DNA of 64,000 bases, from NCBI GenBank assembly GCA_964247055.1, contig OZ176056.1:1736001-1800000 (forward strand), read 5' to 3'. Of the stretch, positions 28,001-42,800 are shown one piece after another; the first letter of the stretch is position 1; each line of letters begins with the position of its first letter. Source of the stretch: Paragordius varius (Eukaryota > Animalia > Nematomorpha). The notes under the pieces are model-generated. The model ran no database searches and was not told where the DNA came from. It worked only from the letters and a program-made list of their open reading frames with translations. The position numbers and the translations under genes are program-made.

Positions 28001-31000
28001 AAAAGTTATATTAAACTCTCTTTTAAAAAAACCTTCAGGATATTCTGGAGTGTACAATGTAGTTTTCCACGCCACCATTCCTATATCATTAGCACCGGGC
28101 AATCTTTCCACCTCTTGTAAGCTATATAAACTAGGATCGTGATTCCAATCAACACATGTCATCATATTAGGGTTATTATTTGTAAACTGTTTGTTATAAA
28201 ATAAGATAACTAAATAAGTGCAATTAAAAAATCATAAATTTTTTTTAGTACTATTGAACTCCTAGAAACACCAGATACAAAATGGAAATATTTAAATTTA
28301 GTAATTATAAAATTTATTTAAAATATAATTTTGAATTATGAGATGTAATTTTTTTCATATGACAAACAAAACATAAATATAAAAATAAGAGATAAAACAT
28401 TTAAAATTCGGTGTACATAATATATAATTATATCCAAAGGTTTATAAAAGTTACATTTATAAAGATAAAAGTATTAACAAAAAAACATGATATTTTAGAA
28501 TATAAAAAGCCCATATTATTTAAATCTTAATTTTCTCTTATAAAAGATTTGATAACAGGTGTAAAATATAATATTGATATTATAGATATTTCCTTAACCC
28601 AAATAGGTATAATTAAAATGAAGGTTATTTTTCCAAAAATTTTTTGCAGGTTTCTTTTTTTATAGTAAGATTATTATCAACTTTTTCTGTAATTAAAGCT
28701 AAAAACAATTAATTTTTCATTCATTTTACCCATTTTTTTCGAAATAAAAAACTAATCCTTATTAACTTTGGGCATAACACTATACAATGATATTTAAAAA
28801 TTAGATTAAAATTTTTTACGAAAACTAATAAAAACCAAAAAAATCATAAAATAAAAATGTTTTTTGTTATACCGTATTTTGCACAGTTACATGATGATTA
28901 TCAATTGTTCGTGATAAAATGAGTTCTTTAAATTGAGTCACCCGATCCGGCATAACCATACTCACATCTAATGCCAAAATTTATATTATAAATATTTTTT
29001 AAAAATAATTTTTCTTATATAAAAATAAAAAATAAATAAAATTTACAAGATTAGGAAATTAAATTATTAGTTTTTATTATTCATTATTTTCATATACGGT
29101 ATGATTAAGGCGATTGTTTTACAATTTGCATGCCTTTGCAAATCAAGAGACTATTTCGGTGTCCCTGACCTATGGAATTGCCTTTCTGGGCTTACGGAGT
29201 TCCATCCCTGGTTGTCTCTAGCAACTGGTTATAGCGCCAGATAAACCCGCTTTATCTCATCTGTGTGAATGCAGGTATTGTGGTATTTTATAGGAAAAAA
29301 TAATGGTAGTTTATTTTTTCCACCACACCCCACACAGATGATTTCTTTCCTTTGCCGCTCCCGTTGGTATTAACCAGGGTGCACCACGCGGAGGTGGGAG
29401 TCGACTTAGAAAAACGGATACTAAATTTATTCCAACCCAATAAGTCAAATTCAAATTTACATCAACTCTACCAAATTGAACCTTTAAATGTCATGCTCAG
29501 AAAAAATAGGCTCAGATATTTCGGACACATCAAACGTGCTCCAGAACAATGGACAAATAAAATTTTATGCCTACATCCCGAAGGTAACAATCGCAGGGGC
29601 AGACCAACATTCAACTGGGAAAAAACAATAAATAATGATTTAAGTGTTGCCAACATTGATGATAACGCCTGGCAGGATCGCAAATATTACAGACAACTTC
29701 TATACGGATACAATGGCTAGCCATTACACAAAGACGATACGAGTTTTTATTATCAACTTTTTTGTTTTGATTATATAAATTATTAATATTTAATCAAAAC
29801 TTTAATATAAATACAGTAAAAATTTTTTAAATTATACAACGGATAAAAGGTAAAAATATAAAGACAAATATTTTTTTCAAAAAACACCCACCCTTTTTAA
29901 CCCTTAATTTTTCAATTATAAGTACGATATATAATTGATTGCGTTACCAATTTATATCTCTATTTTATATTATGTAATTTAAAACAATCGTTTATGGTTA
30001 AAAAATCAAGATTTTAATACTAAGATTGTCTTTTGAGGAAAAAAATTGTCTTTATAGTTTTACGATTGTCCGTATTTCAATTTTGTTTACTTTACTGAAT
30101 ATTGCTAACCTAACAGAATAAACAATATTCTTAAATAGAAAATAATATAAAATATTTAATATGAACTAGATTTTTATTTTTTAAAATTCACGTCATTTAC
30201 TACATTTTTTAAACAATTTTTTGATAATATGACAATATACCTCTAAAACCTTCGGGATTATTTGCAGCCATTTGAGCTAAGTCGGATAGATGTGTTTTCC
30301 AAGTTTGGATCAAATTCTAATTTTGTTCAAACAATAATAAATTGATTTATTTAATTTAAAAGTTTAAATGAATCCTAAAATATAAGTAGATAATTTAAAA
30401 AAAAATGCGGCAATTTTAAGTTAAAAAGTATTAAATTTAAATTTTTAATAAATTATGTAAAGTTATAAAACTCTTATATTTTTGTATTTAACCCTAACAT
30501 AATGACCAAGTAGTAAAAATTAAAGATTTAATAATTTTTATATTATTAACTATATATAATAATTGCAAATCTCTATTTTCATTTTTAGGTCTATATTATA
30601 CCATTTACGATTCAAATTCACCCTAATATAATTTAAAGGTTTTTTGAATAAAAATCACCTATTTTTTATATTTTTAAAGAATGAAATTTTGTTTAAAATA
30701 ATACTTAAAAATAATAAACTATGCCAAAAAGATATGTTTCACATTAATAATGAGTTATATTAGCCCGAAAACACATAATTTGTTTTTAGGGTAAATTCAA
30801 ATTATTTAAAGGTAATGCAAATATTAATTATTTAACGAACTTTTCAAATGTTTTTACCAATCAAATTGATATAAAGTGATGATAAAAAAATCATACACAA
30901 ATGAATAAACTGCTCCAATCATAAACTAAAAGGAAAAACCAAAAAATCATAAAATTTTTTTAACTAAATTGCTTTATAAAAAAATACAAAAAAATAATAC

Positions 31001-34000
31001 CTGTCTAAAAAAGTCAGGAATGTCATAAACATAGGTTGTCCCATTACTTTGGGCTTGAAAGCGCTTATGTTGTAAATGATCTTTTGTCATATAGGGCGTA
31101 GATAGTAGAGTTCCATGCAGGGGTCCTTTTTTAACCCCATAGGCTTCAAATTTTATCTAATAAGGTATATTTTTATATTATAAAACAAAGTGTTTAATGA
31201 TAATAATTTTATAAATTCATTTAATGAAAATAAAATCACAAATTATTAAATAGTTTGAAAATTCCAAAACTCTAATAAAAAGTTAAATTTTTTTCAATTT
31301 TAAGATATTTTTATAATTTATATGTTTTAAATTTTATTATATCCATCTCGCCAAAAAATGGTCTACTTTTTTCAATCTTTATAAATTTTTTACGAATATT
31401 AAAACTAAGTATTTGGTTTACGACTGAAAATAAATATACATGAAATTTTATGCCAATTAGATTTTATATTCACTGATCATATTGGTTTTATAAAACAAAT
31501 AAAGATAAATAATATTATTTTTAATTCTATAAGTTTTTATTTTTTTTAACTTTTATTTTTTTACTAACGATGTTTAAAACCTAAAAAATTGGAATGATAA
31601 TTAAATCTTAGAAAAAAATATGTTGCAAAAAAGTTAAATAAAAAAATAAAAAACTTGTCCAGTGAGTGGGTCTGTAACCTCCTGATAAGTGCTAATATCG
31701 ACATAATAACCATTTTCATTCGTAACGAAAATGCGCAAATTTAACGGTTTACTATTTGATGTCACTCTAATATATATATTTTCAAATAATTATTTGAAAT
31801 ATTTTACATTTAATTCTCAATTTTTCATATTTATTTTAATGTAAATTCAGAGAAAATTATAATTTGTTTAGAGAACGTGAATATTAACCACAGTTAAACT
31901 TATAAAATAAAAATAAGTAAATCAGATAATGCGAAAAACAGCCCAATTAATAAATAATGACAAATATAATAATTTCTTTAATAAAATGGTTTCATCAAAA
32001 AATATCCAACCTTTTTAAAATAGTTTTAAAACAAAATATTATAGCCGAAATGTTAGTTCTAATATTACTAACATTGTTTTATTGTTAAATATCCGAAAAG
32101 ATTTAATGGAAAAGGAACAAATATATTTTTCCTTAATCAAAACTTAATTAATGCCCAAATCTAATCACATCACAATCCCCTAATAAATTTTGGTAAAATT
32201 TTTCAAAAAACGAGGTAAAATATATTAAAAATTTTGGCTAAAAAATCAAGTTTTACCAATAAAACCGTCAAAATATCCTCAATTTCGATCAATTTTAACC
32301 CAGTAAAAAACGTAAAAGTCTATGATATTACTTTTTTTAAAAAAACCCTCACAAAACGAGCAAATTCAATCATTTTTTACCCAGATAAAAAAGTAATCAA
32401 AATTTTTTTGTAAACCTAACTGCAACTTTAATTTCGGCTTGTAAGACGCGTAATTTCCAAAGTCTATGCCCATATCGATCCACAATTCCACGGATATTCT
32501 CTTCAATTTTTATGGGGTCCATCACGACCGTAGGGACAAAATTTAAGAAAATGTGATTACAATCGGCTTTTTTAGCATCGGGGTGCCAACTTATAAGTTC
32601 TAATTCATCCATAGCTTCTAACAAGATGCGTTCACCTAAATATATTTTATACAAATTTTTATTTTAATTTTTGGGTGAAAGATTGAAATAAATTTATACC
32701 ATTTTCATAAATCCCAAATCAATAAATTAAAAAGGAAATAATTTAACTAATTTTAAAAAATGAACAATTTCCAATTTAGAATATACGGTATTAGGTTGGA
32801 GAATATATGATTAGTCTAGTATTTTTATATTATCGTTTTTTAGTTAGCAAATAATAATTTTTTTTATTAATTAACTTTCAAAATTTAATTTTTATACCCT
32901 CATTTTGTAGGTATTCAAAAGATGCCTCTTTGGAAACCAAATCACAATGCCTAACTATTGCACGTACAAAGAATCGATAATCATTTACTTCCCGCCCTTT
33001 TTCAACCTATAAATAAAAGAAAAGAAATATCATATCGGATAAATATTTTGAAAAAATATAGGCAGAATCTAAAAGTTCAAAACATATAAATTATGTATCA
33101 AATATATTGTCAATCAAAATTAGCATATTATTTTATCAAAAGATGCTAGAAAACCGCAAAAATAGATAAAAAAATATGAAAATAAACTGCAAATTTTTAC
33201 GAAACTAAAACCAAACCAATGCAGTCTAAAAATGATTCTTTATGGACGGTAAATAATTTATAAACTTTATTATGTACTTATTATGATTATAATCTGCTCT
33301 GCAAATATGTTTTCAAACAGCTATGAATATTTTAAATCAATATTATAAGTGATGGATGGCTTTTGAGACAAGGAACTATTATTTGCGGCCCTTTAAATTT
33401 ATTTGTAACGAAACCAAAAATTCTATATTTTTACAAAGTAAAATACCAATAAATGATTTGAAGAATTTTTATAACCCAAATATACTATTTTTCAGGCAAA
33501 AACCACAATTTTTCAACCAAAAACATTTTTTAAGCAAACGCAACATTTCAGCGAAGACAACATTTTTCCAGGCAAAAGCAATACTCGAGCAAAGACAACA
33601 TTTTTTCATCCAAATGCAATATTTTTTAAGCAAACCAAAGTTTTTAAGTAAACGCAACACTTTAATTTCTTTTAAATGAAATATGTTGCGTTGAAAAAGA
33701 GCTGCTTTTGCTTAAGTTGCTTTTGACCAAAAATTTATTAATTAAGTAAATACTTTAGCCCGCCCTAGGTACATGTGCATTTTATAGTTTGCGGTTGGAA
33801 TAGTTTCTAAATCAAACGTACGCATGCGATTTATTTCGAGTTGGAAAGCAAGCGCAGGTTCCAAATAACGATAAACCCTATCCTCCATAAAATCATCTCT
33901 GAGTCGAAATGTAAAATATTTTGGGAACGCTTGATGTTGCTAGAAAAGTTTAATAAAAAGTTTGTCATAATCATATAATTAAAAAATAGAGGTTTATTAT

Positions 34001-36844
34001 CATAAAGCTGTAATTGATTTTCAAATTGTGCAGTTGACAATCTCAATTTTATAGGTATTTAATAAGTAAAATTTTCAAATGGTTGATTATTTTTTTAAGG
34101 GGGGGGGGTTAATTTTGAATTAGTTTATTGTAAATACATCATAACGTCTTATTATCTATAAACCCTATAATATATATGTACCTATAAAATAAAATTGTAG
34201 AATCTATTGTATAATCACAGGTAAAAAATTACTTTTGAAATTACAAACATAAAACAACTTGAAGACAAGAACTTTAAAAATACTTTTATAGATGTTAATT
34301 TTTTGAAAAAATTACTCATTATAATGATAAGCCAAAATTAATTAATAATTAAAGTAACCAAATAAAATCAGGCATAAAATTTTAATCATTGTTAATATAA
34401 AAAATAATATAAACTGTATATATTAAATACAAATGCGTTCATATCTCTAAAAACCACAAAAAGTGTCTACCTATTCTTTTTTTAAAAAATAAACACCATT
34501 TTTTTGTTATTGAACATAATTTAATATATTATTACTATTTTTTTGTACAAAAATTACACCATAATTTACATACTTTTTAAAGGCATTTATCTAAAACGTA
34601 AATTGGATTTATAAATTATCAAACCTTATTAGTTTCTGTAGAATTGGTAGAAAAGGCCTTATTTTCACCCTGCTGTTGTTGATGGCTATTTAAAGCAGCA
34701 TGGCTGCTCCTCCCTCCACGTAACATGACAAGAAAAGTTATACGACGAATTCCTTTGGCCCTTAAATCAGTTTTATGCTCTCGGCAAAAAGATTCCAGCT
34801 TATGCGCTAAAATGTCATCTAAACGCCCTCGCCCTGAAGGCACACCTATAATTCAAAAGAGGGCAAAAATTATAAAGCTTATTTTGTATCGTCAAACTTT
34901 TTTTTGACAAATATCTATTCAAAATTTACTATGGTATTAGTAGATCAGGGGTGCCCATAAAATATTTTATTAGATTTCAAACATCACATTGTAAACGGTA
35001 AACATTCTTAATTGCCAAATTCGAAAAGTTTTGTTAAGACAGTTTGTTTTAAAAATTAATTTTATTTAAATTTTTAGTAAAATTTGTGTTTATAATAACA
35101 GGAAGCAAAATTTCGGATATCCGCGTATTGGACACCCTTTTATTAGATTATATATATATATATATATAATATGAAAGTTAAATTACTATTGTGCAGAGTT
35201 ATTGTAAAATAATCAAATTTATATCATACCTCCTTGCCTGTAAATCTTCATAACTAAGTAATAATATTATCTTCCATAAGCTTACCACACAAATTATTTT
35301 AGATGAAATTTAAAATACAAAAAAGAAATTAAAGGCTATTGTTTCAATGAAAAAATATATATTTAAGAAGTGTTTGTTTTTGGGATATTTTACTGATGGA
35401 TTAACATATAAACTATAACATTCAATTTTTAAAATATTATTATATACGATTTACAATTCAAATTCACCCTTGAACAATTAAATTTATCATAGAACAATTC
35501 AAGTTCACCCTAAAACAATACAAAATCACCCTCAAACACTTCAAATTAACCCCCAAACAATTTCGAACAATTCAAATTTACCCTAAAATAAATTATGTGT
35601 CCTTTAAAATTAAAAATTACCTATATTTTTATAAAATAAAATTTCATTTAAAATAAAAAGTAAAAATATAAGAATATATTTTATATTAATGATGAGTTAT
35701 ATTAGCCCGAAAACACACAATTTATTTTTAGGGTGAATTTAAATTGTAAATGGTATACCAACAAATCTCCGAAAAAGCACTAAATACCCTTTAAAATTTG
35801 ACATATATAGAAAACAAAAAAACACCACACCTGTCGTAAAAAGTGCATCATAGTTTGCCGAACTATTTGTGCCAAATGTATTATTATCCTTTATTCTGGG
35901 AGGAGTTTTAACCGTTAAAAGATTTGAGGTTATCGCATTTTTAACATTGGTATTGGTGTTTTGATTTTGATAAGATTTTATGGGGGTGGGTGGTGATGTA
36001 TGACTTTTTTCTAAATTTTTTTTTATAAAATATAAAATTATTTTTAAATATTTTATATTAAATATGAAAAAGGGTGATAATAAAGTATACTTTTAATTAA
36101 AACCAGCAAAACAAAAATTTTGTATTCGGATAAACATTATCAATCATTAAAAAAATACTACATAAAAATAGGTGGTAAAGAAACACAAAAATCTAGATAT
36201 TAAATAAAACCACCAAAATAAGCCACTTAAAATAGCAAAAAATCAGAAAAAATGGCAAATTATTTAAAACCCCTAAAATAGCATCAAAACCCAAATTATT
36301 AGTTAAAAACATGCTCCAAAGACATAAGTTAGTTAATAGCGAGGTCTTCATAATAAGAATATATATAACACAAAAATCTCGACACCAAAATATATAACAA
36401 ACCCAGTAAAATAGTAAAAAAACCCAAAAATTTAGTTAGAAAAAAAACCTGCTCCAAAGACATAGCTTAGAGCGAAGGGGAGGTCTTCATCATGTATTCG
36501 GATAGCCAAGTTTAGAACTCAAAAATAACAATAAATAACTTAAAAATATCAAACAACACACTTAAAATAACTAAAAATTGCTTAAAACCCCTAAAAAAGC
36601 ATCAAAACCCAAATAATTTTAGTTAAAATCATGCTCCAAAGGCAAAGAGGTCTTCACGACATATCAAGAATTAATATATAACACTAAAATCTCGATTTTA
36701 CTCAATAGTAACCACCAAAATATATAATATAATCACTTAAAATAGCAAAAAACCCTAAAATAGTAAAAAAAAACCAAAAAATTAGTTAGAAAAAAACCTG
36801 CTCCAAAAAAAGCTGATTGCAAAAGGAAGGTCTTCATAATAAGA

Positions 36845-36877
<33 letters not shown>

Positions 36878-39800
36878 ACACAAAAATCTCGATTGACTCA
36901 ATAAAAAACCGAAATAAGCCACTTAAAATAGCAATAAATCACAAAAAACCTTTAAATAGTAAAAAACCCAAAAATTTAGTTAGAAAAAAACCTGCTCCAA
37001 AAACATAACTTAGCGCGATGGGGAGGTCTTCATCATGTATTCTACTAAAAATTACTAAAACCCCTAAAAAAGCATAAAACCCAAATTATTATAGTTAAAA
37101 TAATGCTTCAAAAAACATAGCTTATCTAATAGAGAGGATTTCATAATGAGAATATAAATATAACACAAAAATCTAGATTTTACTCAATAGTAACCACCAA
37201 AATATATAATATAACCCAGTGAAATAGTAAAAAAACCAAAAATTAGTGAGAAAAAAACCTGCTCCACGCGATGGGGAGGTCTTCACAATAAGAATTAAGA
37301 TATAATCTCAATTTTATATAAAAACCACCAAAATATATAATATAACCACTTAAAATAGCAAAAAACCCAGTAAAATAGTAAAAACCCCCCAAAAAATTAG
37401 TTTACCAACCTGCTCCAAAGACATAACTTAGTGCGAAGGGCAGGTCTTCATCATGTATTCTAACGGCCAAGTTTAAAATTAAAATGGGCTCATCCACCAC
37501 ACAAGGTTGTTCTTTGGCCAGGGAACCGGTTTCGGGATCAATCAATTTAGGGATGTGAGTGTCCATAATTGATACCTTCTCCAATATGAGTGGGAAGTAT
37601 CTGTTTAACAAAATAAAAATTATAAATTAAATTATTAAATTTATTTAAATTTTATAAAGGAAGAATATTGGTATGATTAAATAATCATTAATAAAATTTT
37701 TTAAAAAAGGTATTTATCTCTAAAACTTAAGGCTGAATTAGATATGTTTTTTTAAATTAAAAAATCTAAGATCAATTAATTTAGGGATATGTGTGCCCAT
37801 AATCAAAACCTCATCCAGTATATGCATGAGAAATATCTAAATGATTTTAGGGTAGACGATAAATTTTTTTATTCTTATATAAAAACCAATATTTAAGCTC
37901 TAAAATAAACTCTTGAGAAGATGTTTTGAAATATATATAACAAGACGTTAAAACCAAAATTACACAGAAAAGTATAATTTCAACACAAAATTATTATGAA
38001 TCAGAATCAAATTTACATAGAAAAAGTATGATTTTAACACAAAAAGTTTTGGAAAAAACTTAAAAACTCTACTTTTCAAACTGTTGAAAGGAAGTAAAAG
38101 CAGCCATAGCGCCCATCCTTTGAGCATAAATGGAAAAAGAATTCCCACCCCCGCCAATATCAGCTGATGGATTAATATTAGAAGAAAGGGCTAGGGAGGC
38201 TGCCCGAGATTTTCGCCTTTGTTCCGCTATGCGGGCCGGGACCATAGCTCTAAAACAAGCAATACAATATAAAACAGAAATAAAATTTTACATAAAGCTG
38301 TTTAGGGGGAGGTTTTTTTATTTGTAAAATTAATTAAATTTAATTATTTTGGTGTAAATTTAAATATTTTTACCTTTGTGTAAACTTCTAGATTGACTAT
38401 ACATTTTAATGATAATGCAAAATTGTTTTTGTACCTTAAGAATAAATAATATTTAATATTTTAACATTTTTATATGTATTCGATATTGGTAAAATCTGGA
38501 AAAGTTTTGTAGGTGTTTTTAGCATTTTAGAAGCAAAAAAGCGATAAATTTGGTGTAAAAATCGTTTATATTTAACTCGTTTCTAATGACTTTAGATTAA
38601 AAATTATCAAAATAATTAAACCTCTTAAACTCAACAAGTACCAAAAATAAAACTTTTACGCTCTTTTTTTTATTTTATATTATCAAAGATATTTATATTC
38701 AACATAATATGATCTTAATTTAATGATTTGTATGGAATTTATAATTAATATATGGCTCAAAATTTTATAAATGTTCCGTTAGAAGTAGTTATAAATTCTA
38801 TTAATGTAATTTTTTTCAAATTTTTAAATCATGTATAAGTTTTTTTGAATTTAAAAAACTAAAAAGCCAAATACTAAAACAGAAGTGTCCAACACAAATG
38901 GCTTCGCGGCCAGCATTTCAACTATATATATAGGCGTTGATAAATATTTTATTATTTTTAAACATAAGACTGTAAAATGCATACACGATATAACATATTT
39001 TTCTAGTTTGTTGTCAATTGAATAGACTCATTCTAAAAACTCTGTGAAAGAACAATCAATTTTATTACGATATTGTAAGCCTATTTATGCATTTTATGGT
39101 TATTACAGATTTTCACACTAATTTATCTTTGAGGGCCCCATGTGTTTACTAAACTTATATTCTAAAACCAAAACAAAGTATCTACCTATTAGGATGTGAG
39201 GAGGGAAGTATAAATTGAAATTCAACCACACATATCCTTTCATCGTGATTCAAATCGTAATGTTGCAGGCAATGTAACTGATATGCTATGTAAGCTCGAC
39301 GAATGTAAACTTCAAGAGCAGCCTGTCTAACGATTCGATTCGTGTGGAAAAAAAACTCGGGCAACACATCAAATATGGCAGTTTCGGAATAAATGAGTCT
39401 TTGTAAATTCTCGGGGCAAAATTCATGTCCATACATATCTATGGAGGAAAGGAAAATGCTTTCAACTTGATTATGTCGCAGTTCATAACTTGGTTGATGC
39501 GAAGCTATAAGGACCTAAAAAAATGAATGAATATATTTGATTATGTAAGAAATCGATTTCTAAGAGATGTAAAACTTAATTTGGGTTGGGGGACAAAAAA
39601 AATAAAAATAAAAGTTTGAAATATAAAAAAAAATCATAAAAACTAAAAAATTTGATGAAAACTTTGATATAAATAAAATCAAAAACCTCAAGACGCTAAT
39701 GTTTATTTAGATTGTGTTAGTCTTTAGTTTAATATAATAAGTAAGCATATAATAGACCAAAAAACTTAACCCATAATCTCTTCCCATCGTATTTATCAAT

Positions 39801-42800
39801 CTTACTTTAATTCAAAACCGGAATAAAATGTTATAAAAAAATCAATTCATTCAAAAATTAATATATACATATAATTTTTTGACATTCACAAAAGGAAAAA
39901 AAACCTGTCGGGCTCTCAGCGCGACTTTTCCATTAACGGATTGCGTCAAATTTGCCAGGAGGCCAAAAATGTGTGTTAATTCATCCGTTAAACCAGGTTC
40001 ATGCAGGCATAAATGATCAATCAGCGCCAGAGCTAATCGAGTGGTTTGTTCTACGCGGGCATGCGAAGCAAAACATACTATCACATATTCTGGGTTTTCA
40101 CGATACATAGTTTCTCGTAATTTGTTTCCGCATTTATCGTAAGAACCTAAAATTGGTAAAAATTGATAGAAGAAATGTTTTTATGGTTTTTTTTTCAGTC
40201 ATTTAAAAACGATTAGATATTCCGGATTTGGACTGTGCGTGGACAATTCCCGTAATATTTTTAAAATTTATTGTATATTATAAACTTATTTAATTTTATA
40301 CAGTAGGAAATTATTGATAAAGGAAAAAAAACTATATGGTTATAATTTAGTATGTGCTAAATCCATTTACTTTCATTGCATCATATCATATTCTTCCTTA
40401 ACACTTTATATTTACTCTTGAACATTTCAAAATTATCCTTAAAATTTTAATTGCACCCTAAATACATATTATTATGTGGTTGGAAATTAGTAATTATTAA
40501 TATTTTTGAGTAACATTTTTATGAAAATAAAACTTGCATAAAATTATTCAATAAAAAAAAATATAAAACTGCACCATAAAATAATATTTCATATTGGGCC
40601 AAAAACACAATTTATTTTTACGGAGTAAATTTGAAATGTTACAAAATGAATTGGAAATGAAGGGCAGACATAAAGGGTCAAGGGTAAATATAAATTGTAT
40701 GGTAAGGTGGTTATTTTGTATCTTATATTATCATTTACAGTTCAAATTAACATATAAACAATTCAAGTTAAGTTTTAAACAAGTCAATTTCATCATTAAA
40801 CAATTTAAATTCACCCTAAAAAACAATTATAAGTTTTCAAACTAAGATAATTCATTATTAATATGAAATATATCTTTATGACATATATTATTTTTACCAT
40901 GTTGAAAATGAGATTCAATATTGAGGTATTGTTTAAGCAAGTGTTGTACTACGAGTTTCATATGGCCACGAATACCATTACGATACCTTTAATGCAAAAA
41001 AAATATTTAGTAAAATTTACTTAATACTTATAAAGGGAAAAAAAAATAATCTTAGTGCTTTGATAAATGAAAAAAAAACTGAAATAAAAAAGATTTTTAG
41101 AGATTAATCCAAATCTTTTATTATTTCATGGAAAACTTATCCAAGACCTAGAAATATTTTTTTGAAGAGCCATTCCTTTTTTATATATTTTTATTTTTAT
41201 TTAAGAATTCGAAAAAAACTAGATATACTTAAAACTTATTTAACATAAAAAATATTTTATCCATAAAACATCTTCACATTAGAAACATAAACAAGTTTTG
41301 CATATACGGAACATTTTTATTAAAATAGCAAAATAATCCAAATATCAAAAATAGGTTTTAAAGTAGCAACCTTTTTGAGCAAAAACAAATTCTACCCTGA
41401 TCCCACATATAAATTAAATAAAAATCCGAATTATTTTTTGCCTAAAACCACCAAAAATCAGGAACCTTTGAATATTTTTATAAATGTAAACCCAAAATAG
41501 CAATAAAAAAAATAAACCCTATATAAATATAACCATTTAAATTCAAAACCTAAAAAATTCACTAGAAGTGATTAATTTTATAAGCGGACTCAAAATGTCC
41601 AACACGAAAAATTATTTATTTCTAATAAAGATTCAAAAAACCCCAAAAAACCAATAAAATAGCTCAAAAACCCACCCACAAACTTTAAATAAAAAAAAAG
41701 TTTAGTTACCTTTGAAGTAGTTTTATGAGCGGACCTATGGTAGCAAAAAACGTATCGCGGGCCGCGCGCTTTTCCAAGCACCGAGCAGCGTAATCATCAA
41801 TGAGTTTAGCTATGGGTTGGGAGGGGAATTGACATAACATACTCGTTATATTTGAACCATAATTAACTTTGTATCGTAGGACACCGGCTAACAAATCGGA
41901 TGGTATACGGCCTTGAAGTGAAGCTAAAATTTCCTAAAATTTTTTTTTGTTTTATTTGAACAAAAATAAATTGGGTCTAATAAGAATTTAGTAAAATATG
42001 CTTCATAAATCAAAACTAAATTTCGCTTTATGTGAAAAGATAAAAATAATCCTGATAATTTGATTCAATGAAAAAATACCTGTTAAAGAAAAGTAAAAAT
42101 ATCAGTTGATAATGAAATCCTTTTATAGATTTCGAAATTAGTCCTGTGATATTATTTTTTAAATGTGCTATTCAATAACATTTTTTGTTTTATTGAAAAA
42201 ATAAATAAAAAATTGGTTAAAAATTGAAATTTTTGACGTTTTTTAAAAGTAAATATAGACAAAAAAGTTAAAAACTATAGAATAATATAAATTTGAAAAC
42301 AAATTATTTAAATTAACAAAACATTGTTATACTTTTGGTTATTTTTGTGTAAAATTTAAAAGGTAAAATTTTCTAAGTTTTTGTAAAAATATTAAATATA
42401 TAAATTGATTTATGATTTAATATAATTATACGGTTTCAAATATATAATTACATTTTATAAAAAACTACCAAATATTTTTATATTCTTAATTATAATTTTG
42501 TAAAATTAAGGATTAAAGAGTGTTTTTACCAATTGCATATATTTAATTACTTTAAATGCTTTATATCAATAAAACACATTAGTTGGTCTTTTGTTTTTAT
42601 GAAAATTTGTCTTTTTATTTAATATTTAATTTATAATAATTAGAATTTTCTTGTAAAAAAATAATACCTCCAATTCAAGTTGGGGTAATCTCGGATCCCT
42701 TAAACTGTTCATAAAAATGTCGACTGTGTGCTCTAATTGTGAGGTGAAATACGGTTCGGGTAGCGTGTAACCATTTAACATATTTTCAAGTTTATCTTTC

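Larger units (their letters stand above)
15480..31156 (-). other. ACC: ACC carboxyltransferase domain exons 31-48
   Basis: [116 protein letters not shown]. Confidence 0.92.

Noticed and set aside
33356-33679. Overlapping 107-aa and 63-aa ORFs
   Set aside because: They arise from a degenerate short-period repeat (ttttt(c/a)agcaaa...caacat) in ACC intron 27.
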